Origin: Malacoraja senta
Taxonomy: Eukaryota
Direction: 5' to 3'
Assembly: GCA_038087875.1 (NCBI GenBank)
Contig: CM075991.1
Coordinates: forward strand, 2,914,001 to 2,978,000
DNA length: 64,000 nucleotides
The notes under the pieces are model-generated. The model had not been told where the DNA came from. It saw nothing but the letters and a program-made list of their open reading frames with translations, and did not search any database. Shown one piece after another: positions 1 to 12,029 of the stretch. A program made the translations under genes and the position numbers. Each line of letters starts with the position of its first letter. The first letter of the stretch is position 1.

Positions 1-1638
1 GTACATGGATAGGACAAGTTTAGAGGGATATGGGCCAAATGCAGGCAGGTATGACTAGTGTAGATGGGACATATTGGCCAGTGTGGGCAAGTTGGGCTGA
101 ACAGCCTGTTTCCATGCTGTAAGATTCTATAACTCTTTGAAAGTTGACTGTTCCTGAAGTTCTTTGGGCTCCATGAATAACGATTGTTCAACATCAACGC
201 AGGTACCTCAAATCTGAAACACCTTCACATTATCCTGAACTACAGATATCCCTGTGGGGTACACACTGGGGGGAAATAGATGGAATAGATGGTTGGGCTT
301 CCGAAGACAAGACAAGAGACAAGCAAGAGACATTTATTGTTACATGCACCAATTGGTACAGTGAAATTTGTGGTCACCATACAGCCATACGAATAAAATA
401 TGTATTCGCACTTTATTTTAACACACACGATAGTCTTTAACACAAACATCCCCACACAGCGGAATCAAGTTTCCCACTGTGAGGGAAGGCACCAAAGTTC
501 AGTCATCCTCCACTGTTGTTCTGTTGTTCACCCATTGTCGGGGCCTCCCCCCGCTATCGCCGCTACGGGCAGCCCGATGCTCAGGCCCTCTCGCCGGGAT
601 GATGGAACTCAGACGTCGGAACGGGAGAACATTCTCAGCGGCCACTTCCACAGTCCGAGCTGGGCGGAGATTCACGCTGGTGGCCCTCGGCAAAGGGTCC
701 CAGGACTCCACGATGTTGAAGTCAGCGCCGCCTGCGGCTGGGAGCTCTGCAAACCCCAGCTCCGTGATGTTGAAGCAGCAGGCCCAACACTCCGGAGCTT
801 CAAACGACGATACGGGTAAAGCATCGTCCCGCTCCGCGATGTATCCAGCGCTGTGCCGCCGCCGAAGCTTTGGCCGGTCTCCGGCAGGAAAAGCCGCGCC
901 AATCCAGTTGGTAGGCCACGAGAGGGGGGCGAGGACGCGACTCGGAGAATAGTCGCATCCTCGCCAGGAGGTGACTGGGAAATGGTCTCCCCCTTACCCT
1001 ACCCCCCTCCCCCACATAGAAAAGCTAAAGAAATCCTCCAAAACATACCTTTAAACAAATGCAGGTGGATAACGTTTTGGGAAAGAAGTCTGAAGAAAGG
1101 TCTGGTCCAAAAACGTTATCTACCTATATTCTCCAGAGATGCTGCCTGACCCACTGAATTACTCCAACACATTGAGTCTGAAATATTTTGTTTCTTAAAT
1201 GTTCCATATTTATTCAGGCTTTCAGCACGGATTAGCCTAGTGCACATTCAAATTAGTTTACTGTAGTTTAGAGATACAGCCTGCAAACAGGCCATTCGGC
1301 CCACTGAGTCTGCGATGACCTGCAATTCCCGCACACTAACACTGCCCTACACACACGAGGGACAATTTATAATTGTAGCAAGCCAATTAACCTGCAAACC
1401 TGTACGTCTTTGGAGTGTGGGAGGAAACCGGAGATCTGGGAGAAAACCCACAGTCATGGGGAGAAGGTACAAACTCCATACAGGCAGCACCCATGGTCAG
1501 GATGGAATGTGGGTCTCTGGCGCTGTAAGGCAGCAACTCTACCTCTGCGCCACCATGCCGCTCTAATGAACGTATGAGCACGCGGGTGAGATTAGTATGA
1601 GCACGCGTGTGAGATTGTGTGTTTTATTTTCTCTGAAG

Positions 1639-1734
1639 GAAGTTTGATTTTCGCAAACATGGCAGTGGCAATACTGGAGCAGGGCCTGCCCCTATGGATG
1701 ATGAAGACCATGTGTTCCCCAAAACTACAGCTAG
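1639..1734 (+). CDS. SLC18A1: Vesicular monoamine transporter (VMAT1-like), internal coding exon (TM7 region); upstream exons lie outside the window
   Basis: ag|GA...CTAG|gtatga. Translates (G)[31 protein letters not shown](G), matching VMAT GSICFANMGxAxLEPxLPIWMMxTMCSxKWQLG. Confidence 0.93.
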
Positions 1735-1854
1735 GTATGAGATCAACAAAACCATTTGTTTACAAAGCCGACTCGGTAACGGGCAAGATGGGGGCGCGAT
1801 CAGCTCCCTGCCACCTCCACATCTTCATTAATCCCAGTCTGTTTCTCCGGATAG

Positions 1855-1933
1855 GTCTGGCTTTCTTGCCCTCCACCATTGCCTACCTGCTGGGCACAAG
1901 TCTCTTCGGAGTCGTTGCCAACAAAATAGGCAG
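1855..1933 (+). CDS. SLC18A1: VMAT1-like coding exon (TM8)
   Basis: atag|GT...GGCAG|gtagga. Translates (G)[25 protein letters not shown](R). Phase is compatible with both neighbours. Confidence 0.93.
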
Positions 1934-2432
1934 GTAGGAACAACGTGAGATGTGAACACAAACTGGATCAGACCTTGCTTACAAATAACTCATTCCATGT
2001 AGACACAAAATTCTTGAGTAACTCAGTGGGACAGGTAGTATCTCTGGAGAAAAGGAATGGGTGACGTTTCAGGTTGAGACACTTCAATGTTCTTTATTAG
2101 TGTCAGATTCATCACGTGAATGGGCTTCAAAAGTATCTAAACCTCACTTTGGGACATCGTTATATTGGAAAGGTATTATATAGAAACATATAAAATATAA
2201 AATTATTAAGGGATTAGACAGGCTAGATGCAGGAAAAATGTTGCCGATGTTGGGGGAGTCCAGAACCATGGGTCACAGTTTAAGAATAGGCCATTGAGGA
2301 CTGAGATGAGGAAAAACTTTTACACACAGAGAGTTGTGAATCTGTCGAATTCTTTGCCACAGAAGGCAGTGGAGGCCAATTCACTGGATGTTTTCAAGAG
2401 AGAGTTAGATATAGCTCTGAGAGCTAAAGGAA

Positions 2433-2572
2433 AGGGGTGGGAGATTGCAACCTTCATGTGGTCCGCCCTGTTTCGACGAATGCAATCAACCTGGCGTGCA
2501 CAATCAAATAAGATCAAATAGAACAAGTTGTCCTCCAAGTTTAGGCTGTGCACGCCGTTCGCAAGAAGGAGA
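2433..2572 (+). mobile_element. Short retroposon with an (AAG)n-like tail (second, shorter copy at about 39590-39665)
   Basis: TSD agctaaaggaa at 2422-2432 and 2573-2583 inside CR1. About 70 bp is shared with the 39.6 kb copy. Confidence 0.7.
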
Positions 2573-3371
2573 AGCTAAAGGAATCAAGGGATTATGGGGA
2601 GAAAGCAGGAACGGGGTACTGATTTTGGATGTTCAGCCATGATCATATTGAATGGCGGTGCTGGTTCGAAGGCCCGAATGGCGTACTCCTGCACCTATTT
2701 TCTATGTTTCTATAAATGGATTACTTTAGTTTATTGTCACGTGTATATATATATACACGTCATTGTGGTGTGCTAACCAGTCAGCAGAAAGCTAACCAGT
2801 TAGCGGAAAACCTCATCATTGAAAGTCTATGTGTCTTAGTGTCGACCAAGTTTGTGGTGACCTCTGGAGCAGAGTAGTCCTGTTGAAACCCAAACTATTA
2901 TTGGTAAATATGGAAGGAATTATAAGTAATTCCAATTCATTTAGAGATACAGCATGGAAACAGGTCCTTTGGCCCACTGAGTCCACACTTAACATTGATC
3001 ACCCATTCTATGTTATCCCACTTTCTCATCCACTCCCTACACACATGGGGCAATTTATAGAAGCCAATGAGGTGATGTGAAGATGATTGAAAATGGACAG
3101 GAATGGGGCGCTCCCTTGTATGGATCAGCCGTATCAGACCCTTCCTGTAGGGGCCATGGGCTGCACATCACAGTGTCTTACACTGAAGGGGAGTGACGCT
3201 GAAATCTTTACAATAGACAATAGGTGTAGGTGTAGGTCATTCTCTCGAAAGTATCCAGAGAACCGGCCTCCATCTGAGGCCTGCAAAAAATGCAAAACAT
3301 TGAATTAATACGCATGTCAGTGATGATAAAATCAATGTTCCTCCAAGCACTTTCAGTGACATTGGGTTGTT

Positions 3372-4875
3372 ATAAGATCATAAGTGATAGGAGCAGAATT
3401 AGGCATTCGGCCCATCAGGTCTACTCCACCATTCGATCATGGCTGATATATCTCTCCCTCCTAACCCCATTCTCCTGCCTTCTCCCCATAACCTCTGATA
3501 CCTGTACTAATCAGAGGTGAGTATAGAAGTTGGGATGTAATGTTAAAATTGTACAAGGCATTGGTGAGGCCAATTCTGGAGTATGGTGTACAATTTTGGT
3601 CGCCTAATTATAGGAAGGATGTCAACAAAATAGAGAGAGTACAGAGGAGATTTACTAGAATGTTGCCTGGGTTTCAGCAACTAAGTTACAGAGAAAGGTT
3701 GAACAAGTTAGGGCTTTATTCTTTGGAGCGCAGAAGGTTAAGGGGGGACTTGATAGAGGTCTTTAAAATGATGAGAGGGATAGACAGAGTTGACGTGGAT
3801 ACGTTTTTCCCACTGAGAGTAGGGAAGATTCAAACAAGGGGACATGACTTGAGAATTAAGGGACAGAAGTTTAGGGGTAACATGAGGGGGAACTTCTTTA
3901 CTCAGAGAGTGGTGGCTGTGTGGAATGAGCTTCCAGTGAAGGTGGTGGAGGCAGGTTCGTTTTTATCATTTAAAATAAATTGGATAGTTATATGGACGGG
4001 AAAGGAATGGAGGGTTATGGTCTGAGCGCAGGTATATGGGACTAGGGGAGAATACGTGTTCGGCACGGACTAGAAGGGTCGAGATGGCCTGTTTCCGTGC
4101 TGTAATTGTTATATGGTTATGGTTATAATCAAGCATCTATCTATCTCTGCCTTAAAAATATCCACTGACTTGGCCTCCACAACCTTCTGTGGCAAAGCAT
4201 TCCACAGATTCACCACCCTCTGCCTAAAGAAATTTCTCCTCATCTCCTTCCTAAAAGAACGTCCTTTAATTTTGAGGCCATGACCTCTAGTCCCAGACTC
4301 TCCCAATAGTCGAAACATCCTCTGCACATCCACTGTATCCTTGTATACTCTGGAGTTTAGATGGATGAGAGGGGATCTTATTGAAACATACAGGATTATT
4401 GAGGGTTTGGACACGCTAAAGGCAGGAAACATGTTCCCGATGTTGGGGGGAGTCCAGAACCAGGGGCCACAGTTTAAGAATAAGATGTAAGCCATTTAGA
4501 ACGGAGAAGAGGAAACACTTCTTCACACAGAGAGTTGTGAGTCTGTGGAATTCTCTGCCTCAGAAGGCGGTGGATTCTTTCAAGAGAGAGCTAGATAGGG
4601 CTCATAAAGATAGCAGAGTCATGGGATATGGGGAGAAGGCAGGAATGGGGTACTGAATAGGGATGATCAGCCATGATCACATTGAATGGCGGTGCTGGCT
4701 CAAAGGGCTGAATGGCCTATTCCTGCACCTATTGTCTATCCAAGCCTTTCATTGTTCTGTATGTTTCAATGAGGTCCCCCTCATTCTGCTAAACTCCAGT
4801 GAGTACAGGCCCAGTGTCGACAAACGCTCATCATATGTTAACTTACTCAATCCTGGGATCATTCTTGTAAATACT
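3372..4875. mobile_element. Nested CR1 3' fragments: a minus-strand copy interrupted by two plus-strand copies (about 3517-4125 and 4340-4740)
   Basis: ORF 3540-4025 LYKALVRPILEYGVQFWSP...RGNFFTQRVV. taatca is duplicated around the first insert. Confidence 0.85.
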
Positions 4876-5162
4876 TCACCGTCAACACTTCTTGTTTGCA
4901 GTGGGCGCCAAACCTTTTGTGCGTTAGTCAGAAACATCTGCCGTGCACTTTGTGTGTACGAGATATGACAGGGGAATAATATCCATGCTGGGAAGGAATT
5001 TAGACAGTATGGGGTCTACGTGTAATTTCCTGGGAAGCAGGATGTCGAGTCACAGAATCATACAGAATGGAAACTGGTCTTTGGACCTAACTTGTCCATG
5101 GTGACCAAAATGCCCCATCTAAGTGAGTCCCATTTACCATCATTTGGCCCACATCTCTCTTA

Positions 5163-5356
5163 AGGGCCTGTCCTACTTGGGCGTCATTTGCGTGTCATGC
5201 GGATGGCGCGCGAAGATTTTGTACATCCCAAAGTCCTGGGGCACTGCGCGTGACCACGCGTCACTGCCTACGTCACCACGCACCATGCGTGCGTCGTAAC
5301 GCGTAAATGATGTCACGTAAATTACGCGCAAATTACGCCCAAGTGGGACAGGCCCT
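5163..5356. mobile_element. PIF/Harbinger-type MITE
   Basis: TIRs AGGGCCTGTCC(T)ACTTGGGCGT...ACGCCCAAGTGGGACAGGCCCT, TTA target duplication, CpG-rich interior. Confidence 0.88.
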
Positions 5357-5425
5357 TTATACTTTCCAGTCCAAGTGTCCTCTGAATTTGGCTACTGTAT
5401 CTGCCTCAATTACTTCTTCTGGCAG

Positions 5426-5610
5426 GTAGATAAAATTGCTGGAGGAACTCAGCGGGTGAGGCAGCATCAATGGAGCGAAGGAATAGGTGACGTTTCGGGT
5501 CTCGAAAGGTCACCTATTCCTTCGCTCCATAGATGCTGCCTCATCCGCTGAGTTCCTCCAGCATTTTTATCTACCTTCGATTTTTCCAGCATCTGCAGTT
5601 CCTTCTTAAA
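5426..5610. mobile_element. Fold-back Penelope pseudo-LTR palindrome
   Basis: About 75-bp inverted arms. TSD tacttcttctggcag at 5411-5425 and 5611-5625. Confidence 0.85.
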
Positions 5611-6457
5611 TACTTCTTCTGGCAGCTTATTTATATATCCATTGTCCACTGTGTGAAAAAGGTTCCTATTAAATCTTTTCCCTCTCACCTTAAACCTATG
5701 TCCTCTAGTTCTTGATTCATCTACCCTGGCAAAAAAAGACTCTCTGTATTCACCCTATCTATTCCCTTCATGATTTTATACACCTCTATAAGATCACCCC
5801 TCTGCCTCCTGCATTCCAAGGAATAAGGTTCAGAAATTGATGCAAACACATAAAACCTTCCAAAACTGCTTTTCTTGTTCTCTTTTTTTCTATTTCAATA
5901 GACAATAGACAATAGGTTCAGGAGTAGGCCATTTGGCCCTTAGAGCCAGCACTGCCATTCACTGTGATCATGGCTGATCATCCCTAATCAGTATCCCGTT
6001 CCTGCCTTCTCCCCATATTCCCTGACTCCGCAATCTTTAAGAGCCCTATCTAGCTCTCTCTTGAAAGTATCCAGAGAACCGGCCTCCACCGCCCTCTGAG
6101 GCAGAGAATTCCTCAGACTCACAGCTCTCTGTGTGAAAAAGTGTTTCCTTATCTCCGTTCTAAATAGCTTACCCCTTATTCAGTTTCCAAATCTTATATT
6201 TCCACAGTGCCATTAATAATAATTTGTAACTACATGTGAGGTTAAACAGTAGCATTTATGATGAATTAAAGATTTCAGACAAATTAATGGTCAGGCCTTG
6301 GGGAGTGTTGCTGAACAGAGAGCTGGTATATTATTCCATGAAGATGGTGACACAGGTGGGCAGGGTGGTGAAGAAGGTGTTACACTTGCCTTTATCAATC
6401 AACATACTGAGTACAGGAGTTGGAACATCATGTTATAGCTGTACAAGGCATTGGTAA

Positions 6458-7108
6458 AGGGCCTGTCCCACTTGGCCGTCATTTACGCGACAGGCCGGTA
6501 GTGACTGATGCGCGACGGTCCCGCGCGTCATCATGCGCCCGCTCAGCCGTCTGGAGCGCGTGATGTCATTTGAAGATGGACACAAAATGCAGGAGTAACT
6601 CAGCGGGACCGGCAGCATCTCTGGAGAGAAGGAATGGATGATGTTTCGGGTCGAGACTCTTCTTCAGTCTGAAGAAGGGTCTCGACCCGAAACATCATCC
6701 ATTGCTTCTCTCCAGAGATGCTGCCGGTCCCGCTGAGTTACTCCTGCATTTTTTGTCTATCTCCAATCATCTTGACCCCGCTCTGGGAGTAGGAGTGGGG
6801 GCGGATCCAGATCCGCAACGGCCGTGAGCCCCAGGCCGAGCTTGGCGAGCGTTTGCCTCGTTCTGCTGCTGTTGGAGGTGAGACATTGCGCTGCGCCAGG
6901 GTCTTGGGCCTGTCTCACTTTGACCGTCAGTTACACGACAGGCCGGTGGCGCGCGAAGATTTAGTACGGGACAAAGTCCACATTCCTCCACGCCACTCCA
7001 TGTGCCCGTCCCGTGCTACCTACACGCTACCCACACGCTACCCACACGCAACCCCACATGCTAGCAGGTCGCGTAAATGGCTTGCGAAAAAGGCCAAGTG
7101 GGGCAGGC
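6458..7108. mobile_element. Harbinger-type MITE composite containing a Penelope palindrome (about 6578-6765), inserted in CR1
   Basis: taa|AGGGCCTGTCCCACTTGGCC at left, eroded right TIR ggccaagtggggcaggcc, and an extra TIR-like copy at about 6906. Confidence 0.7.
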
Positions 7109-7890
7109 CACATTTGGAGTATTGTGTACAGTTCTGGTTTCCCCAGCCATGGAACCGATATAATTAAACTGAAAAGGGTGGAAAACAGGTTTTATCTCAC
7201 CAGGTCTGGAGGGTTTGGCTTATTTTTATTGGCTGGGAAACATTTAAACGGGAACCAGGAGGCAACTTTTACAGACGGAGGGTGGTGCATACATAGAACT
7301 AACTGCCAGAGAGTGATAGAGGCAAGTACAACTATAACATGTTAAAGACACTTAGGAGAGGAAAAGTTTGGAGAGGTGTGGACCAGGCACAGGCAAGTGG
7401 GACCTCCTCGGTTAAGCAACTTGGTCAGCATGGATGGGTTGGGCAGAAGGGCCTACTCCGTCCTGTATAACCCTGTGACTTGAATTACAATAGCTTAAGG
7501 AGAATTTAAGACCAGAGAGACAGAAAAAAAAATATGTTTATGGAAGAGTTTCTAAAGTTTAGAAGCAAGAAGGCTGGAGATGCAGCTTCTAATGCTGGGT
7601 CGATAATGAACCAGAGACTTGGGAATGTAGATGATGTCTAAATTCTAGGAATGCAGAGAGCTCAGAGGACGGACGAGCTGGAGGGGAAAGCAAAGGAAGA
7701 GTGGGAGTAGGAATGAGAATTGAATAGAACGGTTGGCATTGGATCAGAAATGGACACAAAATGCTGGAGTAACTCAGCAGGACAGGCAGCATCTCTGGAG
7801 AGAAGGAATGGGTGCCATTTTGTGTCAAGTCTCTTCTTCAGAAATGAACAGCTGCCAAATATTCATCATCACTCAGACAGAAATATACTG

Positions 7891-7909
7891 TAGCGACACC
7901 TAGTGGTGG
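7891..7909 (-). promoter_or_regulatory. Candidate CTCF site
   Basis: Minus strand reads CCACCACTAGGTGTCGCTA, one mismatch to the CCACYAGRKGGCGCTA core. Confidence 0.4.
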
Positions 7910-7965
7910 TTTGGGGAAGTTCGAACGCTCGTCATTGGTTGGCTCGATCACGTCGGGGTCACCAC

Positions 7966-8181
7966 TTTAGCAAGACAGGCAGGTTGAGTTAAAGGATTTT
8001 TTATTAACAAACAAAAATGATAATTGAACTCAGTAAAGGCGTGCCCAGTCAGTCGTCAGCGCTCCTCCCAGCAGCAGGAGCTATTTTAGAGTTAGCTGAC
8101 CAGGCATGCGTGTACAGAGTTCAATTTTCGTTTTTGTTTGTTAATAAAAACCCTTTAACTCAACCTGCCCATCTTGCTAAA
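7966..8181. mobile_element. Unclassified MITE-like inverted repeat
   Basis: About 65-bp imperfect inverted arms (tttagcaagacaggcaggttgagttaaagg...cctttaactcaacctgcccatcttgctaaa) around a spacer of about 85 bp. Confidence 0.65.
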
Positions 8182-8385
8182 ATACAATAAATTCAATTCA
8201 ACATCAATGCAGTGATTTAAAAACACTGAGGTACAAAATAGCTGCTAGTTTTATGGAACTCCTTGAGGTATTAAGGTTGTAACCAAACATAGCTATTCCA
8301 CTCTTTAATGATGATAATACTCTCTCATATTAATAAACACCTGTGTATAAATGTATTTACACCCATATTCTCTGTCTATCCATAG

Positions 8386-8437
8386 GTGGCTGTGTTCCCT
8401 GATTGGAATGGTGATCTTAGGGATCAGCATGATCTTA
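8386..8437 (+). CDS. SLC18A1: VMAT1-like coding exon (TM9), 52 bp
   Basis: catag|G TGG CTG TGT...ATC TTA|gtaaga. Translates (R)WLCSLIGMVILGISMIL. Not in the ORF track. Confidence 0.92.
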
Positions 8438-8540
8438 GTAAGATACTCATTTTGTTTTTTTTTAAATGCTTCATTCAAACTTAAGCTCTTTTGACTGCTT
8501 TCTCTCCTTGATTCTAATATAAATATCTTTTGTATCCTAG

Positions 8541-8604
8541 GTTCCTTTTGCACCGAGCATCTTTGTGCTGATAGCACCTGGTTTTGGAGTAGGCTTAGCT
8601 ATAG
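8541..8604 (+). CDS. SLC18A1: VMAT1-like coding exon (TM10 start), 64 bp
   Basis: tcctag|GTT CCT...ATA G|gtcagt. Translates VPFAPSIFVLIAPGFGVGLAI(G). Confidence 0.92.
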
Positions 8605-8627
8605 GTCAGTAGGACAAAGGATATGAA

Positions 8628-8719
8628 GGTACACAAAAATGCAGGAGAAACTCAGCGGGTGCAGCAGCATCTATGGAGCGAAGGAAATAGGCAACGTTTC
8701 GGGCCGAAACCCTTCTTCA
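8628..8719 (-). mobile_element. Penelope pseudo-LTR unit with an intact minimal hammerhead motif
   Basis: Minus strand reads CUGAAGA-A-GGGU-UUCG-GCCC-GAAA-CG-UU (8720-8693). TSD gacaaaggatatgaa at 8613-8627 and 8720-8734. Confidence 0.8.
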
Positions 8720-8737
8720 GACAAAGGATATGAATGC

Positions 8738-9320
8738 CTTGGTTCATTTGCACCTACTCTGACCTCATCTACTGCATTCAGAGCTCCCGATGTGGCCTTC
8801 TTTACATCGGCGAGACAAAATGTAGACTACGTACGCACAGTCTGCCACCTTACCCCTACCCCCATCACCTTCCACCTATATTCCTTCTTCTGGCTTCACA
8901 ATTTGCACTTCTTCTAACCTTATCTCACACTTTTTCTCTTTTCATCCCTGGCCTTTGTCCAACCATCTTCCCATCCACCCCACCCCCCCCTCCCCCACAT
9001 GTATCCACCTATCACTTGTCAAACTTTGTCCCACCCTCGCCTTCCCCCCCCCGCCCCCGGCACTCCCACCACCCTCACCCCCACCACAATCAGTCTGAAG
9101 AATCTGTAAGGTACACAGAAATGCTGGAGAAACTCAGCGGGTGCAGCAGCATCTATGGAGCGAAGGAAATAGGCAACGTTTCAGGCCGAAACCCTTCTTC
9201 AGACTCTGATGAATCTGTAATGTCACTTATCCATGTTCTCCAGAGTTGCTGTGTTACTCAAGCACTTTGTGTCTATTTTTGTAAACTACCATCTGCAGTT
9301 CCTGGTATCTACATTTGAAT
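8738..9320 (+). mobile_element. Decayed Penelope-like fragment with a nested inverted pseudo-LTR (9110-9204)
   Basis: FICTYSDLIYCIQSSRCGLLYIGETK motif. The nested unit is flanked by tctga(a/t)gaatctgtaa at 9094-9109 and 9205-9220. Confidence 0.75.
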
Positions 9321-11643
9321 GTATTTGCAACCAGGATTGGGTGACAGGCAGGGTCGGTTATTGTACAGCCATTTGTGAGTGGTCTACCCAACTAAACAGC
9401 TACTCATTGAGTGTCTCTCAAACTGCAGAATAGACTACATCTAAAACATATGTCATCGTTTCTGGTTTCAGTTCATTGGGAATTCAGTATCCTCGAGCTT
9501 TAGGTAGGGTGGAAGATTCTGACCAGCTTACTGATAATTATCACGTGAGCTTTTTGATTTAACCAAACATGGTTCAACATGTCCTTTTGCTAACGTATGA
9601 AGTGGGAGACAATCACATTTCAACTGGAATTCCTTTTATTGTTACACAATGAGAAGAATTAAAAAATTGGGCACTTCAAGTTCAAAAGCCAAAGCAATGA
9701 CAAACATCCTTGTTTGTCATCACAAGCTTAATGCTTTCATTCATAGAACATAACATATACACCACAAGAACAGGGTTAGCGGCCCACGACGTCTCTGCCA
9801 AATATGATGCCTGTTAGCCTGATCTCTCCTGCCTGCATGCAATCCATATCCATTCCTTGCATATCCATGTGCCTATCTAAAAGCCTTTTTTAAATGCTAC
9901 CTTTGTAGCTACTTCTGCAACACCAGACATTCATTCTAGGCATCCACCACTCTCCCTGTAATAATTTGCCCCATACATCTCCTTTCAATTTTCCCCATCT
10001 GACCTTAAAGCTGTGCCCGCTAGTCTCTGACATTTACATCCTGGAGAATAAGGTTACTGTCTATGCCTTTCATAATTTTATATACTTCTAGCAGGTCTCC
10101 CATCCAACTCCGACGCTCCAGAGAAAATTATGCACATTTTATGGTTTCATTTTGGAGATACAGCATGAATACAGGCCCTTCAGCCCACTGAGTCCATGCT
10201 GACCAACCATCACCTGTACACTAGTCCTATCCTACTTGCTGGGGACAATTTACAGAAGTCAATTAACCTACAAAAACCTGCAGGTCTTTGGAATGTGAGA
10301 GGAAACATTGATTTAAGAGAGAGTTAGATAGAGCTCTAGGGGCTAGTGGAGTCAAGGGATATGGGGAGAAGGCAGGCACGGGTTATTGATAGGGGACGAT
10401 CAGCCATGATCACAATGAATGGCGGTGCTGGCTCGAAGGGCTGGATGGCCTCCTCCTGCACCTATTTTCTATGTTTCTATGTTTCTATGAAACCGGGGCA
10501 CGCGGAAAAAAACCCACGCAGTCAGAGAGAGAATATGCAAACTCCGTATAGACAGCACCCGTAGTCAGGATCGAACCCTTGGCCTCTGGCGCTGTGAAGC
10601 AGCAACACCACCACTGTGCCTCCTGTCTTTCAAACTCTTCTGAACTTTATGCTAATACATTCTAAAGCAGGCTGCATTCTGGTAATCCTCTTTGGCACCT
10701 CTCCAGAGCCTTGACATTCTTCCTATAACGGGGTGACCAGAATGCTCCAAATGCGGCCTAACTAAATTTCATAAAGCTGCAACATGACTTCCCGACTCTT
10801 ACACTCAATGCCCCCACCGATGAAGGCAGGCAAGCGCACCGTATGCAACCTTCACTGTGGGAATCCTCACACAGCCTATTTCAAACTATCACCAAAGTTA
10901 CATATGAGGCACAGAGCTAAAGCAAGCCCCCGCCCCTCCTGGTCAATAACTACACGCAGCGGGGCATGGACTGACCACGTCCCACACATGAAGATTCCTT
11001 CAAGCGATTTGGTTTTCACGCTCCATTCTCCATTCCCAGTATATTATTGTGGGGGCTCTCTGGGATGGAACAGTAGAGTTGCTGCCTCACAGCGCCAGAG
11101 ACCTGCGTTTGATCCTGACTACAGTTGCCGTCTGTGCGGAGGTTGTACATTTACCCTGCGGCCACTTGGGTTTCCCCAGGGATGCTCCAGTTTCCTCCCC
11201 TATCTCAAAGACGTTTGAGGTTTGTAGGATAATTGGCTTCTGCACATTGCCCCCCCAGTGTGTGCAATGCAAAAGTTGGATAATGTAGAAGGCATGTATA
11301 GGTGATCGACGATCGGCATGGACTTGGTGGGCCGAAGGGCCCTCTTTCTACGCTGTACCTCAAAACTCAAAACTAAACATGGTGTTGAGACTACATAGGG
11401 GGTTGTTCCCAAATCAGATGCACGATTTGTAAAGTATGACTGATACTTAAATTTTGAGAGAGTTAGATTTAGCTCTTAGGGCGAAGGGAATCAAGGGATA
11501 TGGGGAAAAAGCCAGAATGGGGTACTGATTTTGGATGAGCAGCCATGATCATATTGAATGGCGTTGCTGGCTCAAAGAGCATAATGGCCAACTCATGCAC
11601 CTATTTTCTGTGTTTCTATGTTTATACCTTTTGATGTGAGCAG

Positions 11644-11763
11644 GGATGATCGATGCTTCGATGGTCCCCACGATGGGGCACCTGGTGGATATTCGTCACG
11701 TGTCCGTGTATGGAAGTGTTTTTGCCATCGCTGATGTGGCACTTTGTATGGGGTTCGCTATTG
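11644..11763 (+). CDS. SLC18A1: VMAT1-like coding exon (TM10-TM11), 120 bp
   Basis: gcag|GG ATG ATC GAT...ATT G|gtgagt. Translates [39 protein letters not shown](G), containing the SLC18 signature [14 protein letters not shown]. Confidence 0.96.
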
Positions 11764-12029
11764 GTGAGTCAATATTTCTTGGTGGGAGTGAGGCTACTCG
11801 GCCCACCGGGTCCAGGCTTGCAACAAACGCAGCTCTTTAGGTATCCTTCCCCCCAAACTTTATATTTGACTTCTTCCTGCCTGGTCTCACACGGTGTCTC
11901 CTTTTCTCCTAACCTTTGCCACTTCCACTTCCACTAATCAAAACCCCCTCACCTGCATGTGTAGGAAAGAACTGCAGATGCTTGTTTAAATCGGCGGTAG
12001 ACCTTTTGGGACCTAAGTGACCACAGTTC

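Noticed and set aside
8639..8917. Recurrent peptide MLEKLSGCSSIYGAKEIGNVSGRN in many ORFs
   Set aside because: Antisense translation of the Penelope pseudo-LTR, not a protein family.
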